This document shows, one piece after another, positions 56,066 to 64,000 of a stretch of DNA of 64,000 nt. The position numbers and the translations under genes are program-made. The notes below the pieces were generated by a model, which ran no database searches, was not told the DNA's origin, and was given only the letters and a program-made list of their open reading frames with translations. The DNA lies in the NCBI GenBank assembly GCA_937896665.1, contig CALBNS010000087.1, positions 38,375 through 102,374 of the forward strand. Direction: 5' to 3'. Source of the DNA: an uncultured Clostridia bacterium. Lineage in GTDB: Bacteria > Bacillota > Clostridia > Lachnospirales > Lachnospiraceae. Within the stretch, counting starts at the first letter, position 1. Every line of letters starts with the position of its first letter.

Positions 56066-56951
56066 ATGCGTTCAGAATTTTTTTCATGTCTTCCGGCAGA
56101 TCGGCTGTAAATTCCAACGATTCTTTGGTAATGGGATGCACAAAGGATAGGCGGTACGAGTGGAGTGCCTGACGATTTATTACAGAGTAGTCAGGGCAAT
56201 ATAAAAAATCTCCCGGCAATGGATGTCCGATATGTTTCATGTGAACGCGAATCTGGTGCGTGCGTCCTGTGGCAAGCTTTAATGCAACCAGGGAGTATCC
56301 ATTCGCATAAGCAATTCTTTTATAGTGTGTGCAGGCATAGTCCCCATGCAGTTCATCCACCCGCCGCTCAATGGTAGAACCGTCTACACGTCCGATTGGC
56401 GCCTCAATCATACCCCTCTCCGGGACTTTTCCGGTGGCAATTGCAAGATATTCTCTATGAATTTCACGGTTTTGCACCATGTTTGAAAGAAGCGAGGCAC
56501 TGTACATGTGCTTGGCGAGAATCAGAAGACCGGTTGTATCGCGGTCTAAACGGTTGATACAACGATAAGTAAAAGGTTTTTGTTTCTGTGCATAATAATA
56601 AGCGACTGCATTGGCAAGTGTGTTGTCATAATTGCCCTGTGACGGGTGAATCGGCATATTAACCGGTTTGTTAATTATCATTAAATCTTCATCTTCATAA
56701 ATAATGTCCAGCGGCAGATTAGAAGGTACGATGTTTTCGGAAGTTTCAGTTTCCAATACCGTGATTGTAAGTATATCACCTTTATGCAGAAGGTCAGATA
56801 CACGCGCCCAGACATCATTTAACAGGATACCGTTTTCTGTGCGCTTTAGATGGGTAATGATCTGGCTGGAATAGGATTGATCCTTTAAAAAAGTAAGCAG
56901 CCTGACCCCTTCGTATTCTGTTGGAATTATATATGAAAAGATTCGTCTCAT
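56064..56951 (-). CDS. RluA-family 23S rRNA pseudouridine synthase (RluD-like, S4 domain)
   Basis: Catalytic motif NRLDRDTTGLLILA. ATG 56951 lies 7 nt after GAGGTGA; the track start is GTG 56957. Confidence 0.9.
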   Translation of the reverse strand: MRRIFSYIIPTEYEGVRLLTFLKDQSYSSQIITHLKRTENGILLNDVWARVSDLLHKGDILTITVLETETSENIVPSNLPLDIIYEDEDLMIINKPVNMPIHPSQGNYDNTLANAVAYYYAQKQKPFTYRCINRLDRDTTGLLILAKHMYSASLLSNMVQNREIHREYLAIATGKVPERGMIEAPIGRVDGSTIERRVDELHGDYACTHYKRIAYANGYSLVALKLATGRTHQIRVHMKHIGHPLPGDFLYCPDYSVINRQALHSYRLSFVHPITKESLEFTADLPEDMKKILNA

Positions 56952-57004
56952 ATGCACATCACCTCACATAAGTAAGGACGCAGTGTGAACTACGTCCTAT
57001 AACT

Positions 57005-58897
57005 TTATTTTGATTTAATTTCACGCCACAATTCATTATAGATGGCATCAAACTTATCTCCTAAGTATTTAAAAGTTTCACAGCGGTCCAGCTCACCGGC
57101 ATCCGGAAATGCGATGGTACTGTTGCGGATGCTAGGATCTTCAATTAATTCGCGGCCTGCCGTATTCGGTGTCGAATAAGTAATATAGTCAAAGTTCATT
57201 TTTGCAATATCAGGGCGACACAGGAAGTTAATGAAAGCCTCCGCATTTTCCTTGTTTTGCGCATTCTTTGGAATCACCCATGAATCAATCCATACGTTAG
57301 AACCTTCTTTTGGAATAACATATTCCAAATTAGGATTTTCTTTCTGTGTGTAAATTGCTTCGCCGGAGTAAATAACGCCGAGTGCTGCTTCATTGTTAAT
57401 CATTTTATCACGAACCTGATCCACTACATAGGCCTGTACCAATGGTTTCTGTTGTGTCAATAATTCTTTCGCTGCCTGTAATTCATCCAAATCAGTCGAA
57501 TTTAAAGAATACCCCAGATATTTTAATGCGACTGCAAATGCATCGCGCACACTGTTCTGCATTAGGATACTGTCAGCATATTTTTTATCCCACAGCACAG
57601 ACCAGCTGTCTACCGGTTCGCTCACCAGAGTTTTGTTGTAGAGAATGCCGACTGTACCCCAACAATATGGAACAGAGTATTTGTTCTCAGCATCAAATTG
57701 TTTTGACTGTTCCATATATTGTTCACCGATATATTGGAGATTTGGAATGTGATTAAAATCAATTTCTGCAAGTAAATCATTTTCAATCATACGTTCAATC
57801 ATGTAATCCGAAGGACATACCACGTCATATGCAATTGCACCGGACTGTACCTTTGGATACATAATTTCGTTCGTTTCAAATTCTTCATATACAACACTGA
57901 TTCCGGTCTCTTCCTCGAACATGTCAAGAACTTCTGGGTCTAAATATTCGCCCCAGTTATACACGATTACTTTATTACCGCCTAAAACATCATTCATGGA
58001 ACTGTAGAAAAATCCACCTGCGATAACGACTATAACCATCATAGCCGGTACAACACGACGTATAACAAATGTGGAAACTTTGCGTACTTTTCCTGGCTGT
58101 TTCTTTGCAGCGGTTTTCGTATCCTGCGGAGCAGTATTGATCAAAATCAATAAGAAAAGGACACTCACAAACAGAAGCGTGGAGAGTGCGTACATTTCTG
58201 GCTTAATGCCTTTACGGACTTCACTGTAAATTTTGGTAGAAAGTGTATCGACCCCTGGTCCCTTTGTAAAGTGTGTGATTACAAAATCATCAAGTGACAT
58301 TGTAAATGCAAGTAAAAATCCTGAGAAAACACCTGGTAAAATGTCCGGAAATACCACTTTAAAGAACGCATAAATTGGGGAAGCACCAAGGTCTAGTGCA
58401 GCTTCATAAGTGCGTTTGTTTGTCTGTTTTAATTTTGGCATGACACTTAAAATAACATACGGAATATTAAAGGTAATGTGTGCAAGCAAAATTGTGGCAA
58501 ATCCCATAGTGCCAATGCCGAAACGGCTTCTGAATGCAATAAACAAAAGCATCAGTGAGATACCTGTTACGATATCTGCATTTAACATTGGAATATTTGT
58601 AATTCCCATCATAACGGTACGCATTTTTTTATTCATACCCTGAATGCCAATCGCAGCAACTGTTCCAATTAATGTTGCAATCAATGCAGACAAGAAGGCA
58701 ATAGCCAGCGTTGTGTAAAGTGCATTCATAATCTGCTCATTCTGGAACAGGCTGACATACCATTTCCCTGTAAAACCACCCCATTTTGCACGTGTCTTAG
58801 AATTATTAAAGGACAACACGACTAATGTGATAATAGGTGCATATAGCAGGAAAAAGATAAATCCTAAATATATTTTTTGTAAAGATGATTTAATCAA
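57005..58897 (-). CDS. potCD: Spermidine/putrescine ABC transporter: PotC-like permease fused to a PotD-like substrate-binding protein
   Basis: Residues 1 to about 265 form a 6-TM permease with an EAA-like loop (YEAALDLGASPIYAFFKV). A linker plus TM (VVPAMMVIVVIAGGFFY) is followed by about 340 aa of PotD-like SBP. TTG start overlaps the potB stop (TTGA). Confidence 0.87.
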   Translation of the reverse strand: MIKSSLQKIYLGFIFFLLYAPIITLVVLSFNNSKTRAKWGGFTGKWYVSLFQNEQIMNALYTTLAIAFLSALIATLIGTVAAIGIQGMNKKMRTVMMGITNIPMLNADIVTGISLMLLFIAFRSRFGIGTMGFATILLAHITFNIPYVILSVMPKLKQTNKRTYEAALDLGASPIYAFFKVVFPDILPGVFSGFLLAFTMSLDDFVITHFTKGPGVDTLSTKIYSEVRKGIKPEMYALSTLLFVSVLFLLILINTAPQDTKTAAKKQPGKVRKVSTFVIRRVVPAMMVIVVIAGGFFYSSMNDVLGGNKVIVYNWGEYLDPEVLDMFEEETGISVVYEEFETNEIMYPKVQSGAIAYDVVCPSDYMIERMIENDLLAEIDFNHIPNLQYIGEQYMEQSKQFDAENKYSVPYCWGTVGILYNKTLVSEPVDSWSVLWDKKYADSILMQNSVRDAFAVALKYLGYSLNSTDLDELQAAKELLTQQKPLVQAYVVDQVRDKMINNEAALGVIYSGEAIYTQKENPNLEYVIPKEGSNVWIDSWVIPKNAQNKENAEAFINFLCRPDIAKMNFDYITYSTPNTAGRELIEDPSIRNSTIAFPDAGELDRCETFKYLGDKFDAIYNELWREIKSK

Positions 58898-59709
58898 AAT
58901 GTTGTTCCCTCCCCGTCCTTATCGTATTTTGCAATTAAAGCCATACTGATAATAATGAAAATCATAAGTATGAATGACAATGCGGAACCTACATGCCAGT
59001 TGCTGCCTTGCTGGAATTCCTGTTCGATTACATTTCCTATCAGAAGAATCTTACTTCCACCTAACAAATCAGAAATAACGAATGTCGTAAGTGCAGGAAC
59101 AAATACCATGGTAATACCACTGATAATTCCGGGAACGGAGAGTGGTAGTATGATTTTTGTAAATACCTGAATCGCATTAGCCCCCAAATCCTTTGCTGCA
59201 TTGATAACATCTTTGTCAATTTTTGCAAGTACGTTATAAAGAGGAAGTACCATAAATGGCAGGAAATTGTAAACCATACCAAGTACAATCGCGTACGGAG
59301 TGTTGATGATCTCTAATGACGGCAAATGTAAAAATGATAAAACTGCATTGATTACGCCGTTCTTTTCTAAGAGTGTCTGCCATGCCATAGTACGAAGCAA
59401 GAAGTTCATCCACATAGGCAAAATGAAGATCAGTACAATAAAACTGCCCTGATTTACATTAGATTTTGTCAGAATCATGGCAAGCGGATATGCCAGAATC
59501 AGACAAATCACAGTACTAATCAGAGAAAGCAGCAGAGAGAGTCCTAAAGCTTTCAGATTCTCAGGGGTCGTAATTTTAGCAAGGTTAGTTAGTGTAAACT
59601 GATTGTCGGCATCTGTTAAACCATAGTAGACAATCATTAAAATTGGAATAATAATAAATGCGACTGCCCATATAAGATATGGACCCGCCAATAATTTTTT
59701 ACTCTTCAA
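58894..59709 (-). CDS. potB: Spermidine/putrescine ABC transporter permease PotB
   Basis: 6-TM permease with an EAA loop ([18 protein letters not shown]). TTG start lies 9 nt after GAGGAGG and overlaps the potA 3' end. Confidence 0.9.
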   Translation of the reverse strand: MKSKKLLAGPYLIWAVAFIIIPILMIVYYGLTDADNQFTLTNLAKITTPENLKALGLSLLLSLISTVICLILAYPLAMILTKSNVNQGSFIVLIFILPMWMNFLLRTMAWQTLLEKNGVINAVLSFLHLPSLEIINTPYAIVLGMVYNFLPFMVLPLYNVLAKIDKDVINAAKDLGANAIQVFTKIILPLSVPGIISGITMVFVPALTTFVISDLLGGSKILLIGNVIEQEFQQGSNWHVGSALSFILMIFIIISMALIAKYDKDGEGTTF

Positions 59710-60772
59710 TTGCCACAGCCTCCTCGTCTTCAGATTCTGGTTTTTTCATAATCTGAATGTCAAATGGATCCACTCTAATTCCAACCGGTGTGCCGACCGG
59801 AAACATATCTGTGCTGTGTACCAGCCATTCAAAATTATTTGCCATAACTTCCATTTCATAGTGTACGCCTTTAAATATCAGATGGGTTACGACACCTTCA
59901 ATGATACCCTCCTCCGGTTTCACAAGGTCGATATCTTCCGGGCGGATTACGGCATCTACCGGTTTGTTGCGCCCAAACCCGGTATCCACGCATGGAAAGT
60001 TAACGCCAAGTATTTTTACCAGCTTGTCCTCTACCATAGTGGCAGGCAGGATGTTGCTTTCCCCGATGAAGTCAGCAACAAATGCATTTTCCGGTTCGTT
60101 ATAAATATCTTCCGGTGTGCCGATCTGCTGAATATAACCCTGATTCATAACAACGATGGTATCCGACATCGTCAACGCTTCTTCCTGGTCATGTGTTACA
60201 TATACAAATGTAATTCCAAGCTCATTCTTTAAACGAATTAATTCATACTGCATGTCCTGACGAAGCTTTAAATCAAGAGCCCCCAGAGGCTCATCCAGAA
60301 GCAGTACCTTTGGCTCATTTACAATGGCACGCGCAATAGCAATACGCTGTTGCTGACCACCACTTAACGAGTCCGGTGTACGTTTTTCAAATCCGTCAAG
60401 GTTTACAAGTTTTAAAGCATATTTGATTTTATCATTGATATAGGATTTTGATTTTCCTTTGATTTTCAAGCCAAATGCAATATTTTCAGCGACTGTCATA
60501 TGTGAAAACAGTGCATACTTCTGGAAAACGGTGTTGAGCTGCCTTTTATTCGGTGCAAGATTGGTAATATCAGTACCGTCAAATATAATCTGTCCCATGT
60601 CCGGAGTTTCAAAGCCGCCCAAAATACGGAGTAGAGTCGTCTTGCCACAGCCGCTTGGACCTAATAATGTTAAAAAACGGTTTTCATTGATGTATAGATT
60701 CAGATCATCTAGTACCAGATTATCTCCGAAAGATTTTGAAATGTGTGAAATATCAATTAATTTTCTTGCCAT
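59699..60772 (-). CDS. potA: Spermidine/putrescine ABC transporter ATPase PotA
   Basis: Walker [18 protein letters not shown], Walker B LLLDEP and a C-terminal TOBE-like domain. AGGAGG RBS. Confidence 0.95.
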   Translation of the reverse strand: MARKLIDISHISKSFGDNLVLDDLNLYINENRFLTLLGPSGCGKTTLLRILGGFETPDMGQIIFDGTDITNLAPNKRQLNTVFQKYALFSHMTVAENIAFGLKIKGKSKSYINDKIKYALKLVNLDGFEKRTPDSLSGGQQQRIAIARAIVNEPKVLLLDEPLGALDLKLRQDMQYELIRLKNELGITFVYVTHDQEEALTMSDTIVVMNQGYIQQIGTPEDIYNEPENAFVADFIGESNILPATMVEDKLVKILGVNFPCVDTGFGRNKPVDAVIRPEDIDLVKPEEGIIEGVVTHLIFKGVHYEMEVMANNFEWLVHSTDMFPVGTPVGIRVDPFDIQIMKKPESEDEEAVAIEE

Positions 60773-60804
60773 TTTAAGCCTCCTGTAAAATAAAACCTGT
60801 CAAA

Positions 60805-61344
60805 TTAAAAACTAGGCGGCGTGCTTACCCAGATAAGCTTTGCCCCGGTTGTCTTATTTGCTGTAATATAATGTTCTGAATGTGGCGTAAAGTAAAAAGA
60901 TTCGCCCTTTTTCGCTGTATATACTTTATTACCAACATGTATTTTAATGCTGCCCTGCAGGACATATCCAAATTCCTCCCCCTCATGGGGCACATCACGG
61001 TAAGTAGAACCGCCGGGTTCTAATGTGAGTCGGATGGGTTCCATCATGTTTTTCTGTGCATTTGGAATAATCCATTCAATTGTATTATGCAGTTCTGCAT
61101 CTTTCTTTTCAAAAAAATCTTCTTCGGAAAATACAACCTGTTCATCTGATTCCTCCGCAAAAAAATCTTTTAAATTTGTGCCGAGGCATTGCAGAATATC
61201 TATTAAGGTTGCAATAGAAGGAGAGGTCAGATCCCGTTCCAGTTGCGATATAAAACCTTTGGACAATTCAGAACGGTCTGCTAATTCCTCCTGAGTCAGG
61301 TTTTTACCAATACGCAATTCTCTGATTTTAGCTCCGATATTCAT
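60805..61344 (-). CDS. XRE-family HTH regulator with a C-terminal cupin domain (PuuR-like)
   Basis: HTH IRELRIGKNLTQEELADRSELSKGFISQLERD plus a cupin (GEEFGYVLQGSIKIHV). ATG 61344 follows GAAAGGAG; the track start is over-extended. Lies 32 nt upstream of potA. Confidence 0.85.
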   Translation of the reverse strand: MNIGAKIRELRIGKNLTQEELADRSELSKGFISQLERDLTSPSIATLIDILQCLGTNLKDFFAEESDEQVVFSEEDFFEKKDAELHNTIEWIIPNAQKNMMEPIRLTLEPGGSTYRDVPHEGEEFGYVLQGSIKIHVGNKVYTAKKGESFYFTPHSEHYITANKTTGAKLIWVSTPPSF

Positions 61345-61425
61345 GATTACTCCTTTCTTGCCAGTTGAGCTGTGAAGATGAAAATAAACAAAAAGTTTAG
61401 TATTTCTTAACCACGCATACACAAT

Positions 61426-61453
61426 ATTATATACCATTTGACGAAAAGTGCAA
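61426..61453 (-). promoter_or_regulatory. sigmaA promoter of the XRE-potABCD operon
   Basis: Minus strand: TTGCAC (61453-61448), 16-nt spacer, TATAAT (61431-61426). Confidence 0.6.
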
Positions 61454-61555
61454 TCCCCTATTTTTATTAATTTCGACAACAAATTTTGTACTGTACTTTT
61501 GAATTTGTTCGTATTATAATAACATAGTATTTTGAAAGAAAAAGGAGCGGCTTAA

Positions 61556-63298
61556 ATGGGCGACAATGAATTTACTGAAGATAATGTTTTCGCTATGAAA
61601 GAACAGGCGAAACAGTTGAAAGAAGAAGTTGAGATGGAAGACATAAGGGAAGCGGAATCTGCAGAAGCTACAGACAAAGAAGAAGTAATTGAAATGACAG
61701 AGTTGCCGGATGAATCTGATAAAGTGGAGCCAGCGAAATCGATGGAAACAATAGAATCAGAGGAATTATTGGCTTCCTTGGAATCAGGAGAATCAGATGG
61801 GCCAATGGAAATGTCAGAGACGGATGAACCGGTCGAAGAAGTAGTGGAAAGTACAGAATCGGATGAGATAGATGAGACAAAAGATATTTCCAAGAAAGCC
61901 GGAAAAGGCCTCAGTAAAAAAATACTGTGGGGAATCGGAGGTGCTGTAGGAATTTTACTTGTAATCTATCTGGGATTTTCCATTTATTTTATGAAGCATT
62001 TTTCGTATAATACCACGATTAACGGAATCGACGTTTCCAAGATGACGGTTCAAGATGTGGAGGAACAGTTCCGGCAGCAGGTGACAAGCTATGAATTGGT
62101 TTTGCAAAAGCGTGAAGATAAGACAGAGAATATCAAAGGAACAGACCTCGGTCTGCGGTATGTGGAAAGTGATGTGATAGCGAATGCATTGGATGAACAA
62201 AGCCCGTTTCTATGGGTTGTGTCACTTTTTAGAGAAAAAAATATGGAAGTGACAATCGGAGTTAGCTATGATGAAGAGATGCTGTCCCAGATTATAAGTG
62301 CATTGGAGTGTACGAACGGTGAAAATCAGATTCTGCCTGTATCTGCACAGCCGGTCTATGATGGGGAACAGTTTGAAATTCAGGAAGAAGTCTACGGCAC
62401 GCAGATTGAGCCGGAAAAACTTCAGGAAGTAATAAGCACTTATGTGTCCCGTCTGGAACACGAGGTTGATTTAGATGCAGAAGCATGCTATGTAGAACCT
62501 AAATTTAAAAAAGATGATGAAGCAGTTCTTAATGCAAAAGAACGGATGAATCAATGTCTGAATGCAAGTATTACTTATGATATGCACCCGGATACAGAGG
62601 TTGTTGATAAAAATACTATTTCAGCATGGGTCACAGCAGATGAGGATATGAATGTTGGCTTCTCAGATGATTCAGTAAAGCAGTATATTGCAGCCTTAGC
62701 TGAGAAATATAATACAGTCGGAAAAACAAAATCATTTACAACGCCGACTGGGAAAACAACAACAGTGTCTGGCGGCGGTTATGGATGGAAAATTGATCAG
62801 GATGAAGAGTATGAGAAATTATTGGAAAACATAAAAAATGGTGATGTAATTACCAGAGAGCCAATATATTCACAGAAAGCAGTTTCTCATAGTGCAACTG
62901 AGTGGGGGAACACATACATAGAAGTGGACATTACAGAACAACATATGTGGTATATTGAAAAAGGCAGTGTTATATTTGAAACGGATGTTGTAACGGGAAG
63001 TCCGGGACGTGATACACCACAGGGGATTTACACCATTCTTGAAAAACTGCGTAATAAAGTCTTACGTGGCAATATTATGCCGAATGGTAAACGGGAATAT
63101 GAGACTCCGGTGGATTATTGGGCACGTGTGACATGGACCGGAATCGGTTTCCATGATGCTACATGGCAATCAGCATTTGGTGGACAACGCTATAAACAGG
63201 GGTATGGATCACATGGATGTATCAATATGTCGTTGGATGCTGTGAGTGAATTTTATGGATTGATCAGTGTAGGGTGTCCGGTCATCATACATTACTAA
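61556..63298 (+). CDS. L,D-transpeptidase (YkuD) family protein with an acidic cytoplasmic N-terminus and a single TM
   Basis: C-terminal YkuD domain with catalytic SHGCINM. TM ILWGIGGAVGILLVIYLGFSIYF. The first 110 aa or so are rich in E and D. Confidence 0.85.
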   Translation: MGDNEFTEDNVFAMKEQAKQLKEEVEMEDIREAESAEATDKEEVIEMTELPDESDKVEPAKSMETIESEELLASLESGESDGPMEMSETDEPVEEVVESTESDEIDETKDISKKAGKGLSKKILWGIGGAVGILLVIYLGFSIYFMKHFSYNTTINGIDVSKMTVQDVEEQFRQQVTSYELVLQKREDKTENIKGTDLGLRYVESDVIANALDEQSPFLWVVSLFREKNMEVTIGVSYDEEMLSQIISALECTNGENQILPVSAQPVYDGEQFEIQEEVYGTQIEPEKLQEVISTYVSRLEHEVDLDAEACYVEPKFKKDDEAVLNAKERMNQCLNASITYDMHPDTEVVDKNTISAWVTADEDMNVGFSDDSVKQYIAALAEKYNTVGKTKSFTTPTGKTTTVSGGGYGWKIDQDEEYEKLLENIKNGDVITREPIYSQKAVSHSATEWGNTYIEVDITEQHMWYIEKGSVIFETDVVTGSPGRDTPQGIYTILEKLRNKVLRGNIMPNGKREYETPVDYWARVTWTGIGFHDATWQSAFGGQRYKQGYGSHGCINMSLDAVSEFYGLISVGCPVIIHY

Positions 63299-63322
63299 TA
63301 TTAACATAAGAAAGGAAGTTTT

Positions 63323-64000
63323 ATGTATAAATTATTAAAACGGGATGGATTAGCCAAGAGAGGCCAATTGCATACAGTACATGGGGTAATTCAGACTCCG
63401 GTATTTATGAATGTGGGCACTGCCGCTGCAATTAAAGGGGCGGTTTCTACGGAGGATTTACAGGGAATTAAGACACAGGTAGAATTATCAAACACGTATC
63501 ATCTGCATGTAAGACCGGGAGATCAGGTCATCAAAAAACTGGGCGGTCTACATAAGTTCATGGTATGGGACAAACCGATTCTGACTGATTCGGGCGGATT
63601 TCAGGTGTTCTCACTTGCAGGACTGCGAAAGATTAAGGAAGAGGGCGTTTATTTTAACTCGCATATTGACGGACGAAAGATATTTATGGGGCCGGAGGAG
63701 AGTATGCAGATTCAGTCAAATCTGGCTTCCACGATAGCCATGGCATTTGATGAATGTCCATCCAGTGTGGCGAGTAAATCGTATATTGCAAATTCTGTGG
63801 CCCGTACTACAAGATGGCTTGCAAGATGTAAAGAGGAAATGGCAAGGCTGAATTCTCTTCCGGATACGATTAATAAGCAGCAGCTTTTATTTGGAATCAA
63901 TCAGGGTGGCATTTACGAAGATATTCGTGTCGCGCATGCGAAAGAAATCGCAAAGATGGATCTAGATGGATATGCAATCGGCGGACTTGCAGTCGGAGAA
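63323..64000 (+). CDS. tgt: Queuine tRNA-ribosyltransferase, 5' partial (runs off the window)
   Basis: Hand translation from ATG 63323 gives MYKLLKRDGLAKRGQLHTVHGVIQTPVFMNVGTAAAIKG...LTDSGGFQVFSL, typical of Tgt. Preceded by AAAGGAAG. Absent from the ORF track because no stop falls in the window. Confidence 0.9.
   Translation, partial: MYKLLKRDGLAKRGQLHTVHGVIQTPVFMNVGTAAAIKGAVSTEDLQGIKTQVELSNTYHLHVRPGDQVIKKLGGLHKFMVWDKPILTDSGGFQVFSLAGLRKIKEEGVYFNSHIDGRKIFMGPEESMQIQSNLASTIAMAFDECPSSVASKSYIANSVARTTRWLARCKEEMARLNSLPDTINKQQLLFGINQGGIYEDIRVAHAKEIAKMDLDGYAIGGLAVGE

Overview
Low-GC Firmicute chromosome segment. Gene content (sigH, a GerA-family spore protein, CIRCE/HrcA, a T-box, nrdDG, lacLM) suggests Clostridia, possibly Lachnospiraceae. 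The window is almost fully coding and mostly housekeeping. In order:
- CIRCE-controlled hrcA-grpE-dnaK-dnaJ, then ridA and mrp.
- A three-gene putative DNA-repair operon: a radical-SAM TIGR03916-type protein, a DUF4130/TIGR03915-type protein, and a PD-(D/E)XK nuclease fused to an XPD/DinG-type Fe-S helicase.
- A LysR regulator, purL, gdhA, and an AraC regulator with heterodimeric lacLM.
- A tandemly duplicated tRNA-Val/tRNA-Met unit, ispF, and an Eis-like GNAT.
- T-box-controlled cysE-cysS-mrnC-rlmB-sigH.
- A PadR module plus two orphan exported proteins, then tRNA-Thr.
- glnS, cls, asnA, small SEC-C and DUF1540 genes, and metA.
- nrdD-nrdG-dut, an orphan GerA/SpoVAF-like gene, and an SNF transporter.
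- L20-leader-infC-rpmI-rplT, an SDR, and tRNA-Pro with tRNA-Leu.
- dGTPase-like-dnaG-rpoD-trmK-nif3-uridine-kinase-like, and a pseudouridine synthase.
- XRE/cupin-potA-potB-potC::potD, an L,D-transpeptidase, and the 5' part of tgt.

I saw no rRNA, CRISPR array, transposase, integrase or prophage genes.

Many ORF-track starts are over-extended and use GTG or TTG. I re-set them using Shine-Dalgarno spacing.

The best candidate for an undescribed system is the radical-SAM/DUF4130/nuclease-helicase operon at 6.7-11.3 kb, which has a possible LexA-like box. Secondary curiosities:
- a class II tRNA-Leu that reads as anticodon AAG (A34);
- a cysE T-box with a canonical antiterminator but no room for a normal Stem I in the intergenic region;
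- a small AT-rich orphan gene pair behind a perfect consensus promoter;
- a PotC::PotD fusion;
- a Cys-rich tail on IspF.

All family assignments come from motif recognition by eye. No searches were run.
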